DNA of 63,765 bases, filler included, from Octopus bimaculoides (GCF_001194135.2; 6 parts of 5 records of this genome joined end to end with filler, not necessarily neighbours in it); one strand, 5' to 3'; counted from the first letter of the whole stretch, positions 52,613-63,765 are shown. Numbers and translations are program-made. The notes: generated by a model from the letters alone, not told the origin.

Positions 52613-53864
52613 AATTAAATATAAGTAATTGTATAAAAGAAATTGTTAAAAAAATTTTGTGTATTGTCAGAGTATAACTGAGTTATTGCACAAGAATTTT
52701 AACAACAAAGTCTTTCATGGACACCCAAAAGTCATATGAACCGTAGTCGAGAACCACTGCTAGATTAGCAAAGCATATCAGAGACATCTTTAGAGATAAA
52801 CTCCACTTTGGACAGACTGGGACACTTCTTCTATGGACAATGATGTTTCTGGTTGCTAAACAAGAGTAAGCATATCTTTACTAAACACAATGAAATTACT
52901 GTGGTGGCATATAAAGTCATACAAGCACACAGAATCTTTAGTCCCAAATCATAGCCATTTAGTCATTACTACCACTGCTGCCACCTCTACCATCAGCAGT
53001 AGCAGAACTAAGGAGATCATTGGAGGGAGTAGTCAAATTTATGACAAGAGAGGAATTGGCAGCCTTCTTTCAAGCTGACAGACAAAACTTGAAGTCCCAA
53101 CCACTTTGATCTTCAACAATAATACCTTTCTTTTACACCTATTAATAGATGTCTATAAAGCAACAACTGAATCTTGTTTAAGAACTTGTAAATGTCTTTA
53201 TCGAATCATCCTGTTGCTATTTCTAATCTCCTTCATATTAAAGGCTTACTAATTCTTACACTAGACATCACATCCTTTCCCAACTGCAGACACATAAGGG
53301 CTTTCTCCTACTCATCCAAAAATATTCAAATACTATTTCTATATTGGGATGTTTATTTTGATTTATTATTTTTAACACTGTTTTACATTATTTATATATT
53401 TATTTCCTTCCCACACTATTTTGTGTGTGCATGTGTGTGTGTTTGTTCATTTGCGTGAGTGCGTGCGTGTTCTCATAGTTTATTTTGGGGAGAGAATATT
53501 TTTACAGCTGAATGTCCTTCTTGCTACAGACCATTCAACCATAAAAGAGGAATAGAGCCTGATTTTAAAGTTCAGTCAGGCAAACTGAAGTCACTAGAAT
53601 CTGGTGCTTTGCACAGGGCCATGATACAACTGGAAATGGATCTCCGTCAATTTTCATCTTGAATGTTCAGTTCTCCAACCAACTGAACTAGAGCCTTATT
53701 GAATTACCATATAAATGGTTGAGTATTCCACAGACACATATATCCTTAATGTAATTATCAGACTTAATCAGCATCATTTAAATTACAGGTACACTCTATT
53801 CAACAGGCTTAGACTGTACCTGTAATTTTCATCTTACTGGACTGCATTCAGAGAAAGGTTCTCA

Positions 53865-54305
53865 CAGGGCCATCTCAGCACCATTACAGGACCCAGAGCA
53901 AATAAATGCACTGGGCCCTAAAGCATTTATTTATCGACAGTAAGTTATAAAATAGCATAGAATTAGGCCCCTAGACCCTTGAGGTGGCCCCTGGGTAACT
54001 GGCAGTGTGCTCATATTTTAAGACAGCCTTGGTTACTCAGCTGATTGGCATACTGTCACTAATTAATACTCTCTTACCTCTGGTCTACAGACACACTGCC
54101 AGCTGCCCAGGGGCCTTATGACTCTAGGGGCCTTATGACTCTAGGGGCCTTATGACTCTAGGGGCCTTATGACTCTAGGGGCCTTATGACTCTAGGGGCC
54201 CAATTCTGATCTATGTACTCTGTAGTATACTGCCAATAAACAAATACTATAGAGCCCAGTGTACTGATTTGCCCAGGGCCCTATAATGGCGCTAAGACAG
54301 CCCTG
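53865..54305. mobile_element. Inverted pair of hAT-like MITEs (53865-54031 plus, about 54090-54305 minus)
   Basis: Termini cagggccatctcag / ttaagacagccttg; reverse complement of the 54305 end reads cagggctgtcttagcgccattatagggccctgggcaaat; imperfect 8-bp flanks ggttctca / gttactca. Confidence 0.65.
54110..54200. repeat. 17-bp minisatellite GGGGCCTTATGACTCTA, 5 copies plus a partial
   Basis: Perfect copies with no spacers. Confidence 0.95.
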
Positions 54306-55861
54306 TAAGAAACTGTTCTCTGTCTTTTCTATTGCTATTATAATGGCCTCTACTATCCAATGACAGAAACAATTAAAAGATAGATGATAAATGATAGCCC
54401 AGTACCTTAAACTCATAGCTGTCATACCTTGTCTGCTACAGTCAAATGATACCCCAAAGAGCTGTTATTTTAAGGTTTTCATTTGTCTGACTCAGACTCT
54501 ACAGTCTATCACATGAGTCATGAGTCTTTGGTATATGATAAGCTCCAATTTACTACTTCCATGTAGCTACAGCCAATGTTGCTTTTAGAACCTAAAGTAG
54601 TTTTCACTTTCTGTGGAATATAAGCATTGCTACATGGTTCACCTGAAGTGAATGTAGCACTCAATGAGTATAAGCATCGCTATGTGGTTAACAAGCTTGC
54701 TTCATGAGCATGTAGTTCCAGATTCAGTCCCACTGGGAAGATACCTTGGGGGAATTTCTTCTGTTATAGACTGGAATTGACTAATGCCTTTGTGAGTGGA
54801 ATTTGGGTTGCCAGACAGGAACTGCAGGAGTTTGTCGTACAAATAATTTATAACTAATAACCTTTACTGGGTTTCATGGTTCAATACCAAACAAAATAAA
54901 TAAAATGAGAATTAAAAGAATAAAAAATCTTTCAATTCATTCATTCATATGACAGTAGTTTATCAAAATATAACTTAAAAACAGAAAACTACTTAACACA
55001 CATACACATATACACACATGTACACGCATACACACACATGCTACTAAGTTTAGAATCTAAATGTTTGATCAAAGAAATGTTACCCATAATCCTAAGCGGC
55101 ACACACACACACATACACATGCCAAGAAACTACAGGATTTTAACATTCAGTTGTTATTCTTTTGGAGAAAGAAAGGCAAAAAAAAAAAGAAAGGAAAAGG
55201 TAAAATAAAAAACTAAAACAATAAAAAAAAAATCTGAGTTCTTTCATGTTACATACTTGACAGATCAGATAGTGAATTTCTTCCAGATTCCAATCATAAT
55301 TAAGATCACCCAAAACCATCTTACATGCCAAGCAGATGGTGTTTTTAGCTAGAAACAACAGTCTATTAATGATAAGGAGATGTTTCTTTGCTTTGTTTTT
55401 ATTTTAACATTTTAGCATCCATGATATAAATAGCATCATCATCATCATTATTATTATTATTATTATTATTATTGGTGGTGCTAGCTACCATATGTTGACA
55501 TTGGCCTGGTTTTGTGGATGACATCGTACATTTGTAATGTCGTTTCTCTGGAATTCAGGTTGTAAAAAGGAAGACAAATAAACCTCAGATTGTAAAAGGG
55601 AAAAGACAAATAAATCTCTGTGCTGTTTAGCCTCTAAAACTTAATGGCTTTTTTTGAGTAGGTGGGCTTCAAATATAATTAACAAACTTACTTGTTGATA
55701 TGTATATGTGTATATATAGTGCATAATAAATAAGTAACATACATACATACATATATATATANNNNNNNNNNNNNNNNNNNNNNNNNNNNNNNNNNNNNNN
55801 NNNNNTTAATTAATTAANNNNNNNNNNNNNNNNNNNNNNNNNNNNNNNNNNNNNNNNNNNN

Positions 55862-55907
<46 letters not shown>

Positions 55908-56333
55908 CACATATATGTATGTCAAAGCTTGTTTCTCCAGGAGTTAGCCACCTCACCTTGTCATGGTTTAACAGCCCTTACCGTTTTTACTGTCCTGTTT
56001 TTGTTATTAACTTTGACCCTCGGCAAATCCCAAATTTTATTTAATTTGCTTTGTCGAAGCAACTGTTTTGACGAAGGCACATCTTGTCATAAATGCTCAA
56101 AATCTGGAGTAGATAAAACAGCCAACAACTTATGAAGGGTCGTTCTTTATGTTGCTTGTCTTGTTTTCCATTTATTCCTTTCGTTGTTTGCGAAAGATTT
56201 TGTATTCCATGTTTTCATATATCATGTTGTTTACATTCGATGATGTCCTGCATCCATATATGCATGTGTATATACATATATATGTAAGTATGTATGTATA
56301 TGTATTTATACATATATATCTATATATTATTTA

Positions 56334-56381
<48 letters not shown>

Positions 56382-56411
56382 TATATGCATGTATATGTAT
56401 ATTTATGCATA

Positions 56412-56459
<48 letters not shown>

Positions 56460-56474
56460 CACATATATGTATGT

Positions 56475-58065
56475 ATCATCATCATCGTTTAACGTCCACT
56501 TTCCATGCTGGCATGGGTTGGACGGTTTGACTGGGGACTGGCAAGACAGGAGGCTGCACCAGGCCCCAATTTCTATCTGGAAATGTTTTTACAGCTTGAT
56601 ACTTCCTAACGTCAACCACACCGAGAGTGTAATGGGTGCTTTTTATGTGGCACTGGCAGTTGGACGGCACATTCGGATGATACTTTTTACGTGCCACCAG
56701 TAGAGGAGCCAGTTGGGCAGGGCTGGGATGGACTGGCATCGACCACATGGGGATTGGTGCTTTTTATGTGCACAGGAGCCAGTCGGATGGGGGGGCTGGC
56801 ATCGACCACATTCCAATGGTGCTTTTTACATGTCACTGGCACAGGGAGCTAGTCAAGCGGCACTGGCATTGACCTTGACTTGAATGATGTTTATTACATG
56901 CCACCTGCACAGACGGCTTTGGCATCGACCACAACTACAATTTCCATTTTCATTTCGATCTTGATTTGATTTTGATTTTACTTGACTCAATAGGTCTTCT
57001 CAAGCACCACGTATTGCCCAATGATTCAAGGGCACTTTTAAAATGGGCTGGTTATGCCACACTGGTATAGGCTACATCTGTGATCTTACCTTACTTGCCT
57101 GGTCTTCTCAATCACAGCATATCTCCAAAGATTTCGGTCACTTTTGTCATTGCCTCTGTGAGACCCAACATTCGAAGGTCGTGCCTCACTACCTCATCCC
57201 ATGTGTTCCTGGGTCTTCCTCTTCCACAGCTTCCTTCCACTGTTAGAGTGTGACACTTCTTCACACTGCTCTCCTCATCTATACGCAGCACATGATGATA
57301 CCAGCGCGGTCATCTCTATTGTACACTACATTTGATGCTTTTTATGTCCAACATTTCTCTCAGGGTGCTTACACTCTGTTGTGTGTGCACACTGACATTA
57401 CACATCCAGTGTATCATACTAGCTTCATTTCTTTCAAGCCTACATATATCCTCAACAGTCTTTGCCCATGTTTCACTGCTGTGTAGCATGGCTGTTCGTA
57501 CTCATGCTTCATGCATTCTACCTTTCATTCTGAGTGAGAGGCCCTTTGTTACCAGCAGAGGTAGGAGCTTTATGAACTTTGCCCAGGCTATACTTATTCT
57601 AGTGGCAACACTCTCAGAGCATCCACCCCCACTACAGACTTGGTCAGTTAGTTAGCAGAAGCTATCAACTACTTCTAGTTTCTCCCCCTGGCATGTGATA
57701 GAATCTGTTTTCTGAACAGCTTCAATGTTTATTTGCCTCTGTCATCTGCCGCGTACAAAAACTATCATCTTGGTTAACCTTCCTTTGATATTGCTGCACC
57801 TCTTATGTGTCCATGGCTTACACTAGGTACATCTTGTGGAGTTTCTACCTTCACCTTTTCTACAGATTGAGCCGAGCCATCTACCTGAAGGGGTTTGTGA
57901 TTTGTCCACTTTCCTATTTACTAGGACTTCGGTTTTTGTTACGTTGACTCTAAAGCCCTTCGATTTTAGACCTTGCTTCCACACCTGAAATTTCTTCTCT
58001 AGTTCTGGTAGTGATTCAGCTTTGAGAGTAAGCTCATCAGCATAGAGAAGTAGAGAAGCAATGTA
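56475..58065 (-). mobile_element. 5'-truncated RTE-X-like LINE: RT end, Cys-rich segment, C-terminus, repeat-containing 3' UTR and (ATG)n tail
   Basis: LLYADELTLKAESLPELEKKFQVWKQGLKSKGFRVNVTKTEVL...SICRKGEGRNSTRCT; then WTHKRCS, RIRIAWAKF and GRGRPRNTWDEVVRHDL; several stops. Confidence 0.88.
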
Positions 58066-58160
58066 TATATGTGTATATCTATNNNNNNNNNNATATATAT
58101 ACACACACATATATATATATGTATGTATATATAAGAGGGTATTGTAGTTCACTTGAAACA

Positions 58161-58440
58161 TATAATATAAAAAATGGACTATATATTTGTTGTAATTTAG
58201 TTTTCTATAGTCCGATATTTCGGAATACAATTCCTTCTTCAGATCTTCTTAGATGGAGTCTATGCTATCAACTGTTTACCAACGGCTTTAGTAAAGCTTT
58301 AGTAAAGCCGTTAGTAAACAGTTTATAGCATAGACTCCATCTAAGAAGATCCGAAGAAGGAATTGTATTTTGTATTCCGAAATATCGGACTATAGAAAAC
58401 TAAATTACAACAAATATATAGTCCATCTTTTTATATTATA
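58161..58440. mobile_element. 280-bp spacerless palindrome carrying two outward-facing hammerhead-like motifs (Penelope pLTR-like)
   Basis: Arms mirror about aaagcttt (58293-58300). Minus 58242-58214: CTGAAGA-A-GGAAT(TGT)ATTCC-GAAA-TA-TC. Plus 58351-58386: same motif with U4C and a small duplication. Confidence 0.75.
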
Positions 58441-58483
58441 GTGCATTGTTGTACCATTCAAAACCTTTTATTCTTTATGTATG

Positions 58484-58518
<35 letters not shown>

Positions 58519-58581
58519 TTACACATTTATATGTATGTATATATATGTTTACACATATATGTACGTATATATATATATATA

Positions 58582-59099
58582 TGTAGTGAAACTACCTCTA
58601 TCACCATTAAATACAAACAACCTTTCTCACTAGTATATATATTCAAGTGCGGGCGTAGCAGAGAGCAGCTTGCTGTGTCATCACCTGACTGACTATTCTT
58701 TGCGCGGGTAAATTATCTCCACCCGTTCGCCCCAGGACGCAAATCGACCAACCATAGCCCCTAATAAGGTCACGTGAGAGTGTTCTTCTGATGCTTCTCT
58801 GGAGCCTTCCTTCAGCTATAAATAGCCTAAATTATCCCCGCCAATTCGTCGCGGCTCAGATCTTAGATCTGGTCGTTCTGACCACACACGCGTAACACAG
58901 CACCAACCAGCCAGCCAGTTTCCAGCGACGACATCAACNNNNNNNNNNNNNNNNNNNNNNNNNNNNNNNNNNNNNNNNNNNNTTAATTAATTAANNNNNN
59001 NNNNNNNNNNNNNNNNNNNNNNNNNNNNNNNNNNNNNNGCATCACATCTAAATGCTACATCATATCGACCTGATATGGCATGTCCCTTCAGCCACTACA
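58582..59099 (+). mobile_element. Probable solo LTR (Gypsy-like), interrupted by a gap
   Basis: Starts TGTAGTG, ends CACTACA; flanks TATA/TACA; internal CpG-rich segment with gtcacgtgag, TATAAATA (about 58817) and ccccgcc. Confidence 0.7.
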
Positions 59100-59254
59100 T
59101 ACATACTACTGAGACACTATTTTACAGCCAGAAAGCTTTCCCACTGCTAACAGTTACCAGTATTTTAACTGAGGGTGTTTCCACTCTTCAAAAACACAGA
59201 GCTATTAGATGATTTGTTGACAGGGAAATGTCAACATTCACACACAAACATGTG

Positions 59255-59295
<41 letters not shown>

Positions 59296-59734
59296 ACTAG
59301 GATATTGTAATGGATGTGATGTGCAAGGGTGTGTGCTGCTGTGGTCATGTGATGCAGGCAGATGAGGACAGCTGTATAAAGAAGTAATAACTGCTAAATG
59401 TAGAAGGAACATGTGGGAAAAGGAAACCAAATAAGATGCAGGATGAAGTGGTAAAAATTGATCTCAAAATGTTGAATCTCTCAGAGATGGCAGGGGACCA
59501 AGAAAAATGGCAATATGCTGTTCTTGAGAAAACTCGTCCATCTCAGTAAAATTGAATTTCTGTCAAGCCTTGCAGTATTTTATTTCTTTGCTTCACTTCC
59601 CCTCTGGTACTTATTCTATTTATGTATTTCATGAACGACTAAGTTATGGTGTTGCAAACAAACCAACACTGGTTGTCAAGTAGTGGTGGTGGTGGGAATT
59701 ATCAATAGCAAACAAAATGACACATTATAAATAT

Positions 59735-60100
59735 TATATATGTGGCTGTGTGGTAAGAAGCTTGGTTCTGGGTTCAGTCCCACTGCATGGCACATTAGGC
59801 GAGTGTCTTCTACTACAACCATACACTGACCAAAGTCTTGTGAATGGATTTGGTAAATGGTGACTGAAAGAAGCCTGTTGTATACGTATATACATATATA
59901 TATATACATATATATATATATATTATATATATGGACATGTATATATCTATGTATCATGTGTCTTTGTATCTGTTTGTCCCCACCCCCACCCCCACTTGAC
60001 AACTGGTGTAGGTGTGCTTACAACCCTGTAACTTAGTGGCTTAGCAAAACTGACTGATAGAATAAGTATCAGACTTTCAATAAAATAAGTCCTGGAGTTG
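59735..60100 (+). mobile_element. Full-length diverged SINE family B
   Basis: gtggctgtgtggtaagaagctt...gggttcagtcccactgc...gataga ataagta...aaaataagtcctggagttgac. Confidence 0.85.
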
Positions 60101-60123
60101 ACTATATATATATATATATATAT

Positions 60124-60356
60124 ATAATCTTAAAATAAAGAAAAAAACACAAATCTTGTAAATACAGCCACCCAGGATTTCCTTGTTGAAATAATAATTT
60201 ATTCTGCTATTTATCAAGCTGAAAACAAATCTATTTGTCAGTTGTCTTTTGAGGTCTTGTTTTCAGCTTGATAAATGGCAGAATAAATTATTATTTCGAC
60301 AAGGAAATCCTGAGTAGCTGTATTTACAAAATTTGTGGTTTTTATTATAAGATTAT
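60124..60356. mobile_element. Foldback/MITE-like hairpin, about 105-bp arms and 28-bp spacer
   Basis: caggatttccttgttgaaataataatttattctgctatttatcaagctgaaaacaa pairs with ttgttttcagcttgataaatggcagaataaattattatttcgacaaggaaatcctg. Confidence 0.85.
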
Positions 60357-61072
60357 TTTCACTTTCTTAACCAATCGAATGCTTTTCTACTTGTTGAAGC
60401 ATTAACGCATAATATGTGTGTGTGTGTGTATATATATATATATGCATACCATACCACCTGTGAGAACTGAATAGGTGACCTCAAATCAATAGGAACCACA
60501 ACAATACTAACCACTCCAAAACATTCCATTCCTTTATTCTTGATAGACTTAACTCTTCTCTCCACTGTTCTCAATTACTATAAGTCTTATCTTTATTTTT
60601 ATTCATTTTTCTTTATTTCATTTACTTTTTTCCTCTTCTTCTTTGCCTTCTCTCTTCCTTCCTCTAGTTGCTGTTCTTCTTCACACATGCGTTTGTATTT
60701 TTTATATATATATTGCTTGTTTCATTGTTGTTGTTGACACTTACCATATGCAGAGCTAAACTAAAAAATTTTCTCTGTTTTAATCACTTCATTCATTCAC
60801 CTAACCCATAATATTAACATAATATTAACATAATATTAACATGTACTATTCCCTAAAACCTTAATTTTCTCTCCGTTTCATAATGTTTTGTCATTGTTCT
60901 CTAGTAAAAATGGTCATTGCTTGTGCACAATGCACCCACCCACTTCCACCTCCACCACTTATACTGGAAATCTATCCTCAATACCAAAACCCCGTACAGG
61001 GCTCTGCTTTGCTTCTGTACCTGAACTCTTGCATACCTTTGTTCCCACTTCCCTGCCACCAATAATTGCCCA

Positions 61073-61267
61073 CCATGCCGGTGGCACGTAAAAGCACCCA
61101 CTACACTCGCGGAGTGGTTGACGTTAGGAAGGGCATCCAGCTGTAGAAACTCTGCCAAATCAGATTGGAGCCTGGTGTCGCCTCCTGGTCCACCAGTCCT
61201 CAGTCAAATCGTCCAACCCATGCTAGCATGAAAAGCGGACGTTAAACGACGATGATGATGATGATGA
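61073..61267 (+). mobile_element. Young RTE-X-like 3' UTR copy with (ATG)n tail
   Basis: Nearly identical to about 52430-52612. Confidence 0.9.
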
Positions 61268-61291
61268 CCACTGCATGCACCAAAAGGTGAT

Positions 61292-61627
61292 ATGTTACTT
61301 AGTAAAATATTAGTATCAATTAAGAGTATGAAGACCGGGAAAGCCCCCGGCCCATCAGGAATCACTGCAGAGATTCTCAAAATATCTGGCAGTGTTGGCT
61401 ATAGCCTAGTCACCCGTATTACGAACCAGGTGATACACGAAGGAGTCATACCCAATGACTGGTGTAGCAGCATCATAGTCAACTGCTACAAAGGTAAAGG
61501 TGACGCTTTAGATACAAATAATTACAGAGGCATCAAGCTGTTAGATCAGGTTATGAAAGTTACAGAGAGGGTCATAGCCCAACTAATTAGGGAGCGAATC
61601 AATTTAGATGAGATGCAGTTTGGGTTC
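61292..61627 (+). mobile_element. Open RTE-X-like RT N-terminal fragment running into a gap
   Basis: SIKSMKTGKAPGPSGITAEILK...IPNDWCSSIIVNCYKGKGDALDTNNYRGIKLLDQVMKVTERV...DEMQFGF with no stops. Confidence 0.92.
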
Positions 61628-61795
61628 NNNNNNNNNNNNNNNNNNNNNNNNNNNNNNNNNNNNNNNNNNNNTTAATTAATTAANNNNNNNNNNNNNNNNN
61701 NNNNNNNNNNNNNNNNNNNNNNNNNNNTGTATGTATGTATGTATGTATGTATGGGTGTATGTATGTATGTATATGTAGCTACAGGATTTGTCGAG

Positions 61796-62218
61796 TATAT
61801 AAACAGATTGGTTACATGTCACTCTGGAATTGGTCAAATTGATGTAGACGTCTCTGATGAGAATCCAATAAGATTCCCAAAATCGATTCAGTTTGTTCAT
61901 CATTTTCCCAATCTACGGAGAAACAGGTAAATTAGCCCTGTTTATGAAGGTACTTTATAGGTTGCATATTCTTGATAATGTGTGGACTAAGATCTTCGTT
62001 GATAGGCCCTTGATATTTAAAATAAAGTGTTAAACACGATATGCAAATTAGTAGCTCCAGTTTTCTATAACTACTTTAATTGTTGAGAATATAAAACGTA
62101 TTGGCTGCTTTTCTCTCTGGGATTGGTCGAATTGATACTGACGCCTCTGATGAGAATCCAATAATATTCGAAAACCCATTAAGGTTGTTCATCATTTTCT
62201 CAATCTAAAGACAAACAG
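61796..62218 (+). repeat. Direct repeat (period about 293 bp), each copy with a hammerhead-like core
   Basis: ctctgatgagaatccaataa...gttcatcatttt at 61852 and 62145; copy 2 has CTGATGA-GAAT...ATTC-GAAA. Confidence 0.6.
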
Positions 62219-62236
62219 CTGTGTGTGTGTGTTATA

Positions 62237-62450
62237 CGAGGAAGTGCTGAAAAGATCCTGGCTTTGAGTAAAAGAAAATACAAGAGAATCAGTTAATTAT
62301 GATTTTATTCAACATATTCCCCTCTCAGAATCACACACTTTTTGCAGCAGTCTTTCAGTTTTCTCTAAGCTTTGTGAAAGAACTCGGAAGGTTGGGCCTC
62401 CAACCAGACTTTTCGCGACACCTTTAAAGCGAAGATCTTGTCAGTATATT
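62237..62450. mobile_element. Mariner-type MITE, right end degenerate
   Basis: TA|CGAGGaagtgctgaaaagatcctggc left terminus. Confidence 0.5.
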
Positions 62451-63005
62451 GAATTCTAGCACTAGATTATTAATATTCGTGTGTGTGTGTGTGTGTGTNN
62501 NNNNNNNNNNNNNNNNNNNNNNNNNNNNNNNNNNNNNNNNNNNNNNNNNNNNNNNNNNNNNNNNNNNNNNNNNNNNNNNNNNNNNNNNNNNNNNNNNNNN
62601 NNNNNNNNNNNNNNNNNNNNNNNNNNNNNNNNNNNNNNNNNNNNNNNNNNNNNNNNNNNNNNNNNNNNNNNNNNNNNNNNNNNNNNNNNNNNNNNNNNNN
62701 NNNNNNNNNNNNNNNNNNNNNNNNNNNNNNNNNNNNNNNNNNNNNNNNNNNNNNNNNNNNNNNNNNNNNNNNNNNNNNNNNNNNNNNNNNNNNNNNNNNN
62801 NNNNNNNNNNNNNNNNNNNNNNNNNNNNNNNNNNNNNNNNNNNNNNNNNNNNNNNNNNNNNNNNNNNNNNNNNNNNNNNNNNNNNNNNNNNNNNNNNNNN
62901 NNNNNNNNNNNNNNNNNNNNNNNNNNNNNNNNNNNNNNNNNNNNNNNNNNNNNNNNNNNNNNNNNNNNNNNNNNNNNNNNNNNNNNNNNNNNNNNNNNNN
63001 NNNNN

Positions 63006-63057
<52 letters not shown>

Positions 63058-63580
63058 CGTGCATACGTAATTCTGTGTACTTAGCTATTCTATGCTTTTA
63101 TTCTGTGAGATTTATTAATCTCGTTATTTCCTTCTCCCACGCTTCATTATGAATACCTCATAGCTACTAATTGTAGTGTTTATCCCACTATATTCAACAA
63201 ACCTATGTATTTTGGACTATAAGGAATCCGTTTGATCTTGGCTCGTTGTTTCCATAGAGCCACAAGTCAATTAATTGTAAATTCATGATAAATGTCGGAT
63301 TCGCTAACACACATTAATGTGGCCAACGCGAGACCTTTAATCAATCGAGATCTGTATCGAGATGAGGTAAACATTGCTGAACAATGCTTAAATCAACCAA
63401 ATGAAGGCAAGAGTGACAACTCGAAATAATATTATACGATTTATTTATGAAATAGATTCACGCACCAGAAAGCGTTCATCGATTTCAATTTATAAAATTG
63501 TGATTAAAAGCTGGAGAAAGGGAATTTGGTATGGGTTTGGGAAAACAATCACCTGGCATTCTACAGACATGTTGAAAATT

Positions 63581-63620
63581 GTGGGTACGTTTCGGCCTTA
63601 TTAGACCTCCTCAGCGATGC
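63581..63620 (-). ncRNA. Minimal type I hammerhead core (Penelope-type)
   Basis: Minus strand: CTGAGGA-GGTCT(AATA)AGGCC-GAAA-CG-TA; intact core, 5-bp stem II, palindromic ACGT stem III, GUA site; only 1 bp of stem I. Confidence 0.6.
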
Positions 63621-63689
63621 ATCATTATTGATATGTCAGCGGAATTGATAAAAACAGGTATCTCTCTCTCTTTTACTCTCTTTTCCTCT

Positions 63690-63765
63690 TTTACTTGTTT
63701 CAGTCATTTTACTGTGGCATGCTGGAGCACTGCCTTTAGTCGAGCAAATCGACCCCAGGACTTAT
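63690..63765 (-). mobile_element. SINE family B 3' end, cut by the window edge
   Basis: ttttacttgtttcagtcatt...atgctggagcactgcctttagtcgagcaaatcgaccccaggacttat. Confidence 0.9.

Noticed and set aside
52890-53320. Short open frames with possible splice sites (for example EKALMCLQLGKDVMSS on the minus strand)
   Set aside because: Several mutually exclusive readings, none recognisable.
54110-54200. Possible CRISPR-like array
   Set aside because: Contiguous 17-mers with no spacers, eukaryotic context and no cas genes.
60960-61070. Minus frame starting IIGGREV (serine-protease-like N-terminus)
   Set aside because: No cysteine or catalytic motifs follow, and it stops after about 35 codons.
2738-63152. 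Long ORFs made of X, or of YI/HT/CV/MYVC/IHTY repeats
   Set aside because: Translations of N gaps and microsatellites.

Overview
AT-rich, microsatellite-saturated animal DNA with about 22 assembly gaps (about 7 kb of N). The SINE and LINE families present point to a cephalopod, probably Octopus; this is an inference from repeat content. No host protein-coding gene, true tRNA/rRNA gene or CRISPR array can be supported, and nearly all ORFs in the track are microsatellite translations or read through N. The window is a retroelement and transposon graveyard: two main tRNA-derived SINE families plus CORE-like variants, a Dong/R4-like element in a (TAA)n tract, CR1, BovB-like and RTE-X-like LINE fragments, a solo LTR, MITEs (Tc1/mariner, Tc2/pogo-like, piggyBac, hAT-like, possible Merlin), a Helitron-like end and several foldbacks. 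The most notable signal is at least 7 loci, unrelated in flanking sequence, carrying type I hammerhead ribozyme (HHR) motifs. One is structurally complete (15403-15449), two are near-complete (7915-7996, 21761-21821), one is a head-to-head pair inside a 280-bp palindrome and one is a 293-bp-period tandem pair. None has a detectable Penelope ORF nearby. All coordinates were read by eye and may be off by a few bases.
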